Notes under the pieces: model-generated
Told to the model about the DNA's origin: nothing
The model's database searches: none
The model's input: only the letters and a program-made list of their open reading frames with translations
Assembly: GCA_002633005.1 (NCBI GenBank)
Contig: NMRA01000085.1
Coordinates: forward strand, 475,464-539,463
Origin: Phoronis australis
Taxonomy: Eukaryota; Animalia; Phoronida
Direction of reading: 5' to 3'
DNA length: 64,000 nucleotides
Shown here: piece by piece, positions 14,101 through 26,700 of the stretch
Position numbering within the stretch: the stretch's first letter is position 1
How the letters are laid out: each line of letters opens with the position of its first letter
Made by a program: the position numbers and the translations under genes

Positions 14101-17100
14101 GCCTATACATGTACACTACACGTTCTTGTACATGTAACAAGAAAATTTTAAGGGCATCCTCCAATATGCAAACACGTACGTTTTAATCGGATCGTCGGAT
14201 CCTCAACATTGATTTGCACTTGAACTGTACCTGTGTTTCAGGCAACTGTTCTCGCCCTCGAGTGTTAAACGGTCACGTGACAGGGCCCACTTTTCTGCCA
14301 GTGGGTAGCAACGTGACGATCACGTGCGAGGTCGACTTTCTTCTCGAAGGTGTTTCCGTAATCACGTGTGGACAATCCGGTATTTGGGACTACGCGATAC
14401 CTCGTTGCCTGGGTAAGATTGCACAGGAACGTCTCGTACATGTAATTTATTATTAGAACAACAATCAGGCCATCTTCCTATGAGGTCACAGTTGTACTGT
14501 ATGTAAAACACACCACGGTTGATAAATTCTTTGGTATTCAAAATGTCACGAAGAAACTATTACACTGTAAATAATGAAGGTAAAAATATTTGATTGGCTC
14601 TTACTGAAAAATCTGCACTCTTAGAGGAAGAGGAGCATATCTGTTCAAAGTTTTTTTCAGCCTAAATTTGTTACATATATTTCAGATAGTAAAGCTTTCG
14701 GATTGGACGTAAATCGATGTATTTGCCATGTCAATAAATGCCGCGAGTTAATGATTGCCTTGTGTTGCAATGCAGACCAAAAAGAGTGTGTTAAGTTGAA
14801 AACGTATCCATGTAAATATGAATATGCGCCATGTGCGGCTATCCAAGTTTCGCTGGCAAAATGACTTCTGATGAGTGCAATCCCGGTGCTATGCTTGCGG
14901 AATATTTTTTTTTACCTCATAGCAAAGAAAATCGTATGCGCAAAACAACTTTGCTCTAGTCTTTAAAACATTTTATTGCTCACAAAATGTCATCACCATT
15001 GTTCAACAAGTCGATTGCTCATTTTGCTTGTCTTTTAGTCGTAGCCAAATGTATAACTTAAGAGATCATTTCAGAAAAACGCGGGCATAAGTCAATTGAC
15101 CTACACGGCCTCAAGTCTATGGGCCAGTTTCGAAGACCAGTGGCCCATGCTAACCGTTTGCCCCTTTCGTTTCCAATTTAGCTAGCTGGTTGGCGCTATC
15201 TAAGCAATCACAGCGCCTCAATGAAATTATTTTTCAGCCAATGACGCGAGGCGCGCTGTTAAAATTATTCCTGATAACACACATGAAATGAGTCCTTTGG
15301 GTCTTGCACGTGCTTTACAATGCGGCGCACATTCAAGAATAAATGTACGCCTATGTGGCTTGCCTCTGCTCACAGTAACAACTCTGACGATGCTCAAGTA
15401 TTCATGCTCGAAGGAAATGCATTAAAGAAGGTGCAGTATTAATGAGAGAACTTAACGACATTATATCCGCTTTCAGGAAAGTGTCCCTTGTTCAGTGTCG
15501 ACAGAGGGGCGATTTATAGAGTGAGGCCACAGCGCGAAGACACTTCCTCATTCTACCCCGGTGACGTTGCCAAAGTCATATGCCAGAGAGGATATATATC
15601 TTCCATAAACTACGACCACATCTATTGCCAAGACGGTGGAAACTGGACCGACCAACCACACTGCATGAAGCTAAGCCGTACGTTAATGTCACACCTCAAG
15701 GTCAAGCCCCTTACTAGATCTGTTAGGGAACGGAAATACTAAACTGGCGAGATATTAACTGCACTGGCTCTGTATATGTGACGAACACAATGAGCAATGC
15801 TCCTGCAAACTCTTAGGATAGGATCTGCCTTGTTGCACTTACACAAGCATTGTCGAATTCTCCCAACAGTACGAAAAACAACCTGTTCAGGTTACGTACT
15901 GTAGGTCCATATCATAAAAGATTGTATATTTAGCCAAATTTCAACAGAAATATGAAACTCAACTCAGAAAAATTACATAATTTTCTTTAACAGAAGAAAG
16001 TCTGTAGAGTTGACTTTTAATTCATACTAAGAAATCCTTCGTTGGTTGGGTCACGTGGCCATGTGTTTGTAATAAAAGTTAGCAAACATGGAAGGTATAT
16101 TCATAACAAACCAACGGCACACACGACCAAATTCCGTTTGACGTTCAACATGAAATCCCCGTTGCAGGTTTCCAAATTATCATTTCGGTTTCGTTCTATG
16201 CAACTACTGTCTTTTTCATTAAAATCGTAGTAGTCTGATTGAGCAAAATTGGATCATTTTAAAACCGAAGATAACCTAATTTGGACAAGGTCCTGCTCAA
16301 GGCAAACGTCTTTAAATTATGATTTGAGAAGTGGCAGATACACTGTACTATAAACAAATCTACACTGTCAGATCAACGTAGCAGCTCACCGACAACGCTT
16401 TTTATAGGAAAATAAAGTAATAGATTTGCGCCAACTGACTGTTAGGATCATCTGGAAAATATTCTTTTTGCTGAAGGTGGTATATCTCTTACTTTTAACC
16501 TCATTAAATATTCTTCAACAAACAGACAATGGGTCACATGTGTGTCTTGGGTGGCTGCGGTAACAGTCGCTATAACCCGACTTTCCTTTTTGAGCTCCTG
16601 AAGAACCTCTGGTATCGAAAAAGTGGCACGCGCATTGATCGATTGTGAGAGTTCTGATCAGCCTCACAGTCTATTGCGCCAGACGCAGTGTCAGATGTTT
16701 GGGTACGGAGACGACGATAAGAGCGTAGAGTTGGTGGGACGAGCTTTTAAACCCGTAACATTCATAACTTTAGACTTTTGGAACCGCTCATCAAAAACTT
16801 GTACACCGTTGACAATTTTACAGTTTAATAAAGGTGCTGTAAACCTGTAAACGAGGCAGGAGTTCAGTCAGATTTTTGTCTCTTTAAGATCACTGATCGT
16901 TATGAAACTGATCTCAAAATGGGACGAAAATCGTTTACGCATTCAATTTAAATTGCCGAAGAATTGGATGTAATTCCTTTGTCGTACTTGTCTAACCGAA
17001 TTTCTGAATTAGATCAATAAAACTGTTTTCGTTATTTAACTTGTTTTTCGCTTACCTTTGTTACGTACCGGTACTTGAGTGCCGATGCGCATAGAGACTT

Positions 17101-19668
17101 ACTTTTAACTAACAGCACAGAGTAACCAATGAAGTTCTAATGACTTTCACAGGGGAGACAAATGAACCCAACATGCAACGGGAAACGAATCTGTGGCCGA
17201 TACCTATGACTGTGGCTCTGACCTTCATCGGGGCTTTGCTGCTGCTGGCTTTGTATAGGCATCAGCACATTCAGAAAATAAATGACATCCTGGAAAGAGA
17301 GAGGGAACTACGCATACAGTTAAAGAAAGCCGTCGTCAACGTGTCTAACATGGAAACTGCTTTAGACGAGTACGAGAAGTTTTGCCAGTTACACTCAGGA
17401 CACGTCACGCTCGCTTCTGACTTGGTTGATGCGGCAAAAGACCAGTTACGCCTTTGGAAAGTAGAAACACCGAAAGCCAAGCCAGTTTCCGTCGTGAATG
17501 TAGGAACAATCAAAGTCAACGCGCCAACCTCTCTAGAGTCAGCGGCATCGTCCAAGAAGTCGTTGATTACGGAAAATGTTTGTTCACAAGTAAAAGCTAA
17601 AGAGATAGAGTTGAAGACTGCGATAGCTGTAAGCGACATAAATGTTTTGAGTTCCTTATTGGCGAAATATGTCGGATTATGTGAATGGTACGAGATTCCC
17701 GCCAAAAAGAACCTTGTGAGCGAAACAAGGAGAATCCTTAAAGTTGTGAAAGATGAGTCTAGAATGAAAGAAAATATATCTAAAGCAATTGAAAACAAAG
17801 ACATACAGCAACTGAAACTTGAAATCAACATTTATTGTAACTTTGCAAAAGAAAACAGTGTTTGGGTTACTGAAGACAAAGTCTTATTACAGCAAGCAAA
17901 CACACTAATTCGCCTTAACGACCATGATCGGCAGGAGAACGAGAAAATACGCAAACAACAGTTGATCCTAGAGCTTGATATGGAAAGGGCAATGTCCTTG
18001 AGGGATCAAAAGGAAGTAGCTAGCGCATTGTCAAGATACCTAGAGTTTACTGAAGCTCACAACCTAGCGAGATCAACTGTTGAACCACCGGTATCAAAAG
18101 TGGAGCATTGCTTGCTGATGGTTCAGATAAATGACGCTTTGCAGGAAGGGATCAGGGATAAAGACTTGGCTGTGTTAACCAAGGCATTAAACAGAGCTCA
18201 GCAAAATGGCATAACATCCGATTTAGAAATGATAGTCAGTAAAGCGAAGACTCTGTGCATCAGTCTAGAAAAAATAAATGTGTTGAAAAATGAACTCATG
18301 TACATTGAAAAAGAGGTCTTTCTTGAACTTCAAACGCTCTCTTGTCCATCTGAAGATGTGCAGGATATTATTAAAGCAACTGCTCTTGTTATTGGATTAA
18401 GTGAATCTGAAACAAGCGACTGGTCAACTTGTAAAAATATTTTGAATCCTTTTCCTGCAGCTAATTACGTTGGCCTTTATAAAAGCATACGTGACTTCGA
18501 TGTAAAAAGTCTCTGCATGGACACAGTGTCGGTTTTAAAATCGATTCTGCTTCGCGTCAATGAGAGGAAAGCTACGATAGTTAACCGCGCTGCTTCAGTT
18601 CTTCTCAGATGGCTGGAGGCATTGTGTATCATATTTTTGGACGAGCAGCTTGTCAGTGAAATCCAGCACGGGACCTTTGAAATGGCAGATAGTGTCGTGC
18701 AAGTTAATGAAATGGTTGTTGGCAAAAATTTGATTGGAGAAGCTCAAAAAATGTTGAGTCCGAAGGACAAATTAAAAGCAGAAAACGAAAGCAATGAGAG
18801 AGGTTGCGAGGTCAACAGCTCTACGGCTGAAGGACGCCAGGACGCAGAAACGCTTAAGGAGAATTACCAAAGGGATACTTCGGAAAATATGCAAGAACGT
18901 GGCAATGAAGATATCGATGACAGGTACATGAAGAAGAAATACGACTCACTAGTAAAAAGGTTAACAACAGCAATAGAATCTAGTGAGGTGGCTGAAATTA
19001 CGAAGTGGCTTAAGAAATATGAAAAATTCTGCATGCGTAACAAAATTTCAGTCAACGAAGCACTAATCAACTCAGCATCGGAAAAAATCGTTCACATACA
19101 GGCAACTATACCGGCCAAAGTATCAGGGCTTTCCAGTGAAGAAATGAAGCATTTGAAGCGAAAAGAAACATCATTGATGTCTAAGCTCAGGAACGCCATA
19201 ACAAAAAATGACTGGGACGCAACAAGGTTAGCCTTGAGTAAGTATGAAGAACTCGTTGAGGCAAGCAAAGGAGACTTGATTTTAGATCAAAGTTTGGTGG
19301 ATGAGTCAAAGAAAAAACTTTTGAAGGAACGCGACCATGTCGTAGACGGACATAAATATGCGTCAAAAGAGATAGATGGGAAGTCCGGTGACAGATCAGT
19401 GCAGCCACAGATAATTGTAGTCGAAGCAAAAGTCAAAGAAGAGCCAGCGCAGCAGTCGAAAGTGTCTGATCTCAAAGAACACAAACAAGTTAAGATAGAC
19501 GAAGCCCATGAAAGTGTAAAGCTCGAACTGCGGCAGTCCATCGATAAGCAAGATAGGGATGGGATTAAAAGAAAATTAAAAAAATACTTGAAATTTGGAG
19601 GCGATTATACAGTACATTTGGATGAGCACTTGGTCCGGGAAGCAAAGAAGGTGCTAAAACAATTATAA
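11102..19668 (+). CDS. Gene A (spliced model): type I membrane protein, signal peptide + 2 sushi/CCP + TM + helical-repeat tail with dynein MTBD-like domain, 986 aa
   Basis: join(11102..11174,14242..14412,15477..15677,17153..19668). All junctions are GT-AG and phase 1; total 2961 nt, in frame to TAA. Confidence 0.8.
14242..14412 (+). CDS. Gene A sushi/CCP exon 1
   Basis: tttcag| NCSRPRVLNGHV..ITCEVDFLLEGVSVITCGQSGIWDYAIPRCL |gtaag; four Cys plus conserved Trp; 171 nt, phase 1-1. Confidence 0.9.
15477..15677 (+). CDS. Gene A sushi/CCP exon 2
   Basis: tttcag| KCPLFSVDRG..FYPGDVAKVICQRGY..IYCQDGGNWTDQPHCMKLS |gtacgt; 201 nt, phase 1-1. Confidence 0.85.
17153..19668 (+). CDS. Gene A terminal exon: TM (~17191-17256) + ~800-aa cytoplasmic tail
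   Basis: 842-aa ORF with branch-point-like TTCTAAT and ttcacag acceptor in phase 1. TM IPMTVALTFIGALLLLALY followed by RH. About 8 copies of a ~50-aa repeat; MTBD-like segment at 18295-18633. Confidence 0.92.
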
Positions 19669-20097
19669 GAATAAATCTCAATAATGCCAACCCTCGATGG
19701 GCAGTGCGGCATTGTCGAATCTGTATTGTGAGGCAGCTATGTGGAGAGTATAAGTAAAATAATGATCTTACTCCTTTGATGCGCAGTTTGTGTCGTTCTC
19801 AGAATAGAATGCCTGGTTAGACCACGGTTAGACCGTAGGGCATGCTATGTACTGCCTGGTGTAACATCGTGCCTGCTCCACATTAAGGAGCGTGGTAAGT
19901 GCCTCAACACTGATCACTTAAAAATCAGACATTTCATATTGCACCCTACACAACATATTCCATAACGTTATTTAACCTCACTTTGGCAAAGTATCATGAG
20001 GTGGCATTGTACTCCTTGGAAAATTTGTAGTGGTGATTGGCCAGATTTGGCGGCTGTTTTGATGTCGGAGTTACAAAAAGGATAAGTGAATGTCAGT

Positions 20098-20354
20098 GGG
20101 ACCCGTTCCAAGAAACTGACTTAAGTTCATTTTTGACTTACAGTGTAAGTCTAAGATTTGTCTTAACTTCGAACTTTGAAACTTCCACGTCCGGTAAGTT
20201 AGTTCAAATTAAGACAAAACTTCAGCCAAAAATTTAAGTCAAACTGAAGATCTATTTCTTGAAACGGACTTGTGGCAATATTGAGTTGTATCGTAAAATC
20301 ATTGGCTGAAATTTAAGATTTGTCTTACCTAAGTTAGTTTTCCTGGAACGGGAC
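20098..20354. mobile_element. MITE-like element
   Basis: Imperfect terminal inverted repeats CCCGTTCCAAGAAACTGACTTAAG ... CTAAGTTAGTTTTCCTGGAACGGG, with internal AAGACAAA/TTTGTCTTAA subrepeats. Confidence 0.55.
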
Positions 20355-22139
20355 CGTAGTTTGCTATGTGTGAATGCTGGGAATGAGAATTAAAGTCCTA
20401 CTTCGATTGGAGATACGTCGGGTTTCCTTCAAAATCGGCGTCTCCTTCACCGTTGCTGTATTCCTGCGGAGCGACTTACAAATCTGCTGCTATTTCAGTA
20501 GCCCTCAAACTACTCAAGACATGCTTTTATGAAATCCAATGGAAATTTACCATTCATGACAGTAGATTTAAGAAAAGAGATTTCTTTTTCTCATACTTTG
20601 GTTTTTGAGCAAACCGGCTGAGCTTTACCAAGCTGCTCACTGAGTAAAGACCGCTTGTATTTCAAAAGTGTAAAATTTATTCCAACATGAGACTTTTCAT
20701 ATTGGCACTCTTTTCGAGTAATGTGAGCGACAAAGCGACTTCTGCTTGATCGTCATTCTGACTTTGTGGATAGAAATTCACTGCTACACATGGTGGTTCG
20801 TTAATTAAAATAGAGGCATGAACCGAATTGTTAACCCATCCAACTGTTTGATCAGGTTAAGTTCACTAACTAATTTTTAGCTTTTTGACATCAGCTGGTA
20901 TCGAAATTCTGCAGTGTTTATCAGCCGCAGCCACCGACAATACAGCACTTGATATCTTTTTCCTCAAGCTATTACTATTTCTCACCGCACATCAGTGAAC
21001 ATTTGCCGGCATTATGCTAGCAGGAAAATTGTTTATACCTCTTGGTTGAAACCTTCCGCACGCATTACATGGGATACATGTTCACTACACAGTGTATGTA
21101 CAATAGATCGTGTGGCGCTAAACGCCTTTCCACCGAAGACGTGATCGCCGTCTGGTGGGATTGTGCATTTCAAAAACCAAGGCTATTTCGAAAGTCAGCT
21201 ATTCAAGAACACATCCACGACTGAGGTAGGCTAGTAAGACGTGACAGTTTACTCACTAGTACATCCAATGAGTGCAACTCACTATTTACTCGGAAGTCAG
21301 TTAGAGGATGGTTTACAGACTACGGTAAATACTAATATACATTTCTTGGATGTACTGGTGACTTAAAATGATATTGTTACCCCTTGTTATCATTAGCCCC
21401 ATCAGTTAGTTCAGCCCGGGAACCAACCAGGTTTTATCTAATTTCCACCCTCCTCTTCCACACTCATTTATTATACATGTAGAGAATCATACAAGGGTAT
21501 TCGTTTTATATCATGGGCTAAAACTCTTGGAAATTTCGTCAAAATCCTGAGGCTTGCTGAGAGATTCTTACAAAATTTCGAAGAGGTTTTGCCCATGTAA
21601 TAAAACTGAGACGAGTATAGGATTGTTTTCTCAAATTAACCGTTAAAACAATCTTTTCTGCCGACGTGTCTAAAACTTTCAACCACATGAGGCAACTTTT
21701 TTAAAAACACGGTTGCGCAATGATAAGTAACCAATTAACCCCATTTACATTTTGTAAGTATTTTTTTTTTAAACTTAACATCTTCTAAATTGCATTTTGC
21801 TTTCATTCGTAAAAACCGTTCATATTAGAATCTAATAAATACTATTTGAAGTTATAACATCACAACTAAACAAATGTTTATAAATAACAGTCAGCAGGTC
21901 TTTCCCGTGCGTGACCACTGAGCTGACTTTGAGACGGCACAGCTAGTCAGACTTACCGCGTATATTCTTGAGTTGGGTACGTCTCCTTTGGTTTGAATGA
22001 ACGTGGATATGGAAACTCGCCGCCGAAGATGGATTCGTTTGCTTGCATGTCCCTCCTACTGGGAATACATGTATGTACATGATGCTGTTGCTTTGGATGT
22101 CATATTGAAGCTTCCGGCATTGTTTGGTTGTTGGTATTA

Positions 22140-22450
22140 GTGTTTTGCAGACGATAAAATGTGAGGCGTAGTTCTGCTTGGCACTACTTTGTGATTCGTC
22201 CGTGTAATATACATGTATCCACAAAACGTACCGAGAGTGGCGTAAATGAAGTAATATCCCACGAGACATTATTCCACGTATTGACCGAGACCGAAGGTCG
22301 TGGCGATACGCGGAATAATGTCGAAGTAGACCTACCTTTTGAACTTTCCATGTCAGAGGTCACTGTTGAAATAGTGCGGGAGGTGAATACGGAAAACAAT
22401 ATCACATGGCTGTACTGCACCCGACTGATTCAACGCGTATGGGATAAAAA
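22140..22450. repeat. Dispersed repeat; inverted, split copy at ~30630-30760 and ~31220-31420
   Basis: GACCTACCTTTTGAACTTTCC..GTGCGGGAGGTGAATACGGAAAAC..GATTCAACGCG matches the reverse complement of 30635-30752. ACAAAACGTACCGAGAGTGGCGTA..AAGTAATATCCCACGAGACATTATTCC matches the reverse complement of 31338-31399. Confidence 0.7.
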
Positions 22451-23065
22451 TTTGCCTCGGGCGATAATTTTCCAAAATCCACGAGGGCTCTAGATAAGGG
22501 GGATAACGACTGAGAACATGTAATAATCTATTTTTGTCACATCCTGAACGAGAAACATTGCAATGAATCGATCTACCTTTCTCGACTCGCCTCGGCTTTG
22601 TAACTTCTTTCTATGTCAGAGATCCGGGCTCGGAGGTCGTGATCTTTTAAGAAAAGCAGAGCTATTTTTGTCAAATAATGCTTTTACTCAAAACCAATCG
22701 AAAATTTAAACAAAATAGAAATAAAGTGAATCTATAAATTAATGTTTAGCAGCTGTTATAGCTTACTACACATTTTATCACGCTAAGCTTCGACCGGGAA
22801 AATATCGTCTGCTAAAGTAGGTTGCCACTGGTAACTGAGTATAATGCTCAATCAAAGGATCCCGACGACACGATACCCGCATTCAAATTGGAGATCGGGG
22901 ATTTACAAGTGAGAGAACATGAGAGAAAAATTTCACTGAATTAAAATATCGTTTTTATGTTAAATTATGTGCCTTATTTTTCATAGCGGTACAATGCCCT
23001 TTGTTGAACATGCGGTTGTTGCGCGTGCTTAAGTATTCTATTTTCACGTTCGATGACGTCAGTCG

Positions 23066-23140
23066 CTGAGTGGTGCAGTGGTAAAGTCGACGACCCGAAA
23101 CTCTTGCGGTCCGGGTTCGAAATCGTCCTCGGTTCCCGCC
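23066..23140 (+). mobile_element. tRNA-derived SINE-like head (Pol III A/B boxes)
   Basis: A-box-like TGGTGCAGTGG and B-box-like GGTTCGAAATC at tRNA spacing; no intact cloverleaf. Confidence 0.4.
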
Positions 23141-23662
23141 AAAATGTTATCTCACTAGTGGGATAACTAAATGGGTTACTACACGGTTGTATTGGCCATT
23201 CGAGGCTAATATTGTGGTATAATCGGTGTTATTAACCAGTCGTGTCGTAAACATTCCAGTTCATGTGTGAAAAAGCGTTTTTGACATAAACATGCAGTGT
23301 CAGATGCACGCGATAAAATGTGAAGCAGACATTAAACTGAGGACATGCAGTGTCTCTTTTTGTTAATGGTAGCCTACTACGTTTAGTATGTAGACATGAG
23401 AGTGTTTGAATCACCCTCCAGAAGTCAGTTTGGTTGATATTGACGTCTTCATCACGAATTGTAACTGTAAGTAAAGCTTGCTACTTTTTCAATAAACTAA
23501 AGTATTTCAAACTTTAAAAAATATTTCTTAGTGCAATTGAAGACATCTCAGTCGCATTATAACTGTCCAACCTGAATAACTACAGAAGCCCTTTCCTGTC
23601 TAGGGTCATCGAACGCGGTACTCTACTGGCTCGTGGCACGACAAAGGAATCGCACGTTCAAG

Positions 23663-23720
23663 ATGCTCCACGCGAGATTTGCCACGGTTTGGTGTCCGTT
23701 TGTCATGATCATGGGGAATG
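23663..23720 (+). CDS. Gene B signal-peptide exon MLHARFATVWCPFVMIMGN
   Basis: Paralogous to 39545-39602; acceptor at 23603/23604; donor G|GTATGT. Confidence 0.7.
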
Positions 23721-26700
23721 GTATGTAGGCTATGCACAGGTACTCCTTTTCACGTTGGGAGAGAGAAAAGAGAGCCCGGTGGTCCAGTGTGCGAACGTTT
23801 AAATCTTCCCATTAATAAATTAGCACGCGAAATGTAAAGCTACATATGAAGGAACCTTTTACCAAATTCACTATGTTCGGCATCCCCTGGTGCGACGAAA
23901 CTTGCTTGGGTAAATGAAGTAGGTAGTCTGTTAGAGGTTTTGAGATAAAGTCGCTTTCCCTAATTCCAGAAACCCGCATCCTCGTAACAACGTCTAGATA
24001 TAATCCCGAAATGTTGTTGGTACATGTACACAGTGATTTGTGAACTACTAAAATCAGTCACCAGAAAATCCTTTTCCGCCAATGTATTTCTATGACACAC
24101 CTTTGCGTTGAGTCTCACCAATGTTCATCATTCGGTTCTTCAGAATCGGAAACTGATTTTGTAAGAAGTATCTTGGCCACCAAGGTGCGCAAACGGTAGA
24201 CTAACCCATGCGCGAATTTTGCTCGTGTCATTTTGTGTCACGTTTCATAAATGTCCGCTACATGTACTAACTCTGCATTCTTGAGCAGGAACTCCCGGGA
24301 AATGCCCCTTTAAACTAACACACCCGTGCGTATTTTCGGCATTGATGCGAACTCCGGTATGTATCAGACTTAGTGGCAGTGTCCTCACGTGAGCGAAATA
24401 ACCACATGTACTCCATTCGTACGTTGTGGTTTACACTTAACTTCGAATTCTCCCAATCTTCAAACTTGCGTGTTGTATGACTTCAAAGTAGACACATTAC
24501 TCTAAATAGAAATTACGTGTAGTCACAACAGTCATTCAGCTTTCCTGTAGACTGGGCTATCAGGCCAACAGACATTCGGATTACGGTCCAACCAACGGGA
24601 CATTGACTCTGTACGTGGTGATATTTCAGCTTATGATCCATGCGAATTCCTTAACGACGAAAATTCAGGCCTTTCAACATACAACAAAGTATGCCAAAAT
24701 GAGACGGACGATGGGTGTGAGTTCATTTACATTTTATTTATGTACGATGAGTTCTCAAAAGTTCGAGAAGTTGTTTGTTACTTTTAACAATATTAACAGT
24801 GGCGGATCTAGGATATCGCAAGGGGGGGCCCAACATTTTGTCCGGGCATAAGCATTTGCGCAAACCACGATTGCAGATGCGAGTAGCACCGAATGGGGGG
24901 AGGTCGGGAGGGGGGTTTGCCCCACTCCCGCTCAGGAAATTTTTCTGTTTTTACCTCTAAAAATCAAGCATTTTCCTTGATTCCTGAAGTATTATCCAAG
25001 AAAAAAAGCAAAAAAAAGAAAAGGGGCAAAGAGGAAAAAAGCAAGATACCACAGACTCGAACCCACAACCTGGCGAACAGAGCGCGCTGCGCAGGCGTTA
25101 CCACTACACCACCTTTACCACTACACCACCACGCTTTAAGTAGTATTTGGATATTAAGACACCTACTTGTTTATGGTCCACAGCGTTTGCGCGCGAAACT
25201 TACTTCTTTTTGTAATGCTTATTACACGTTTTATAGTTTGTGCAATCGGTTCTTAACAAATTTGTTGTATTTAAAATGCCCAAAAGACCAAATCCGTTTT
25301 TCGTGTTGGCAATAATGACGCGATTGCTTTGGAAATCGTCTTAAGTTAAGGTTTGACAAAGAGAGAATTATGAGTTTCTGAGTGCTTCACTAAGGCTTCG
25401 ATTAAAATTCACTTTTTACCAGCAGCTTCTGTTTTTTCATCGTCACTCAGGTTCCATTTTCTTTAAAAAATGAAGTAAATTTTCTTCATTGCACAGTGGA
25501 GCAGACGACGGAAACGGAGTCATAGTGCGCAGCGCCACTGCCGGTCGCCTGGGATATCGCGGGAGAGCCTATACTTAGCCATAGAACCTGAGTGACGATG
25601 AAAAAACAGAAGCTGCTGGTAAGATGTGAATTTTAATCGAAGCCTTAGTGAATCACTCAGAAACTCATAATTCTCTCTTTGTCAAACCTTAATGTAAGAC
25701 GATTTCCTAAGCAATCCCGTCATTATTACCAACACGAAAAACGGATTTGGTCTTTTGGGCATTTGGAGACTATTTTAAATACAACAAAAATTTGTTAAGA
25801 ACCGATTGCACAAAATATAAAACGTGTAATAAGCATTACAAAAAGAAGTAGGTTTCGCGCGCAAACGCTGTGGACCATAAACAAGTAGGTCTCTTAGTAT
25901 AGAAGTAGTAGTTAAATCGTGGTGGTGTAGTGGTAAAGCACGCGCGCTCAATTCGCCAGGTTGTGATTTCGAGTCTCTGGTTCCTTGTACTTTTCCTGTT
26001 TGACACGTTCTCCCTTTTTGTTTTTTTTTTCCTTTTTTCTTGGATAATACTTCAGGAATCAAGGAAAATGCTCGATTTTTAGAGGAAAAAACAGAAAAAT
26101 TTCCTGACCTCCCCCCATTCAGTGCTATGCGCATCTACAATCGTGGTTTGCGCAAATGCTTACAGCCGGACAAAAATGTTGGGCCCCCCCTTACGATATC
26201 CTAGGTCCGCCACTGAAATAGAGTGCGGTTGTCCACGTTGTCCGAAGGTGGAACTACATGTAAAGTTGCATTCAGAGAAGACCACGTAATAGTCGCGCGA
26301 TGGGCCAAACACTACGGTGTACATCTGCTAGCGCTGTGCTTCGTATTTTGATGCCTAATAGCCCCGAAGAAGTTTAACGCTTTGCCCCCACTGCAGCATC
26401 TTGTTACTGGTAAGGTATCCCAATTTCCTCCCGTATATATGTGAAGTCATTAGTAAAGACACCGGCTTTATCACCTTCACCGCCGGGTTTCCTGGGAAGT
26501 CATACACATGACGACGAAGAAGAAGGAAATGTTAACTAGGGTGACAACAAGATAGAGAGAAGTCGACCTGGTGGAAAGTCTCACCTGAAGTCCGTGCATG
26601 TAAGGGACACAGGCGCAAACTCTCCAGAGGCAAGCTCGAAGACGAAAAGGGTTTAAAAGTCTACCGGAATCGGAGTGGCGGAAGTTGTTTTTTCTAGATG

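Noticed and set aside
17140-17152. ATG at 17140 as the start of a single-exon 842-aa gene
   Set aside because: The ATG lies in a branch-point/acceptor context. Paralogues B and C have phase-1 acceptors at the equivalent position, and upstream signal-peptide and CCP exons join in frame.
17271-19541. Minus-strand ORFs of 68-186 aa overlapping the gene A terminal exon (likewise 34687-35157 and 63301-63693)
   Set aside because: Antisense shadows of real coding exons; Ser/Phe/Leu-rich with no domain signal.
23066-23140. Possible tRNA genes (also 25921-25975 and 59528-59600)
   Set aside because: A/B boxes are present but acceptor and anticodon stems do not pair; treated as SINE-like or tRNA-derived sequence.
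24603-24851. ORF-track peptides MTLYVVIFQLM.. and MGFLSLFLVIFQLM.. (44249) as signal peptides
   Set aside because: Wrong frame. The conserved frame is YDPC..VC..DDG, bounded by atttcag and gtgagt in both paralogues.
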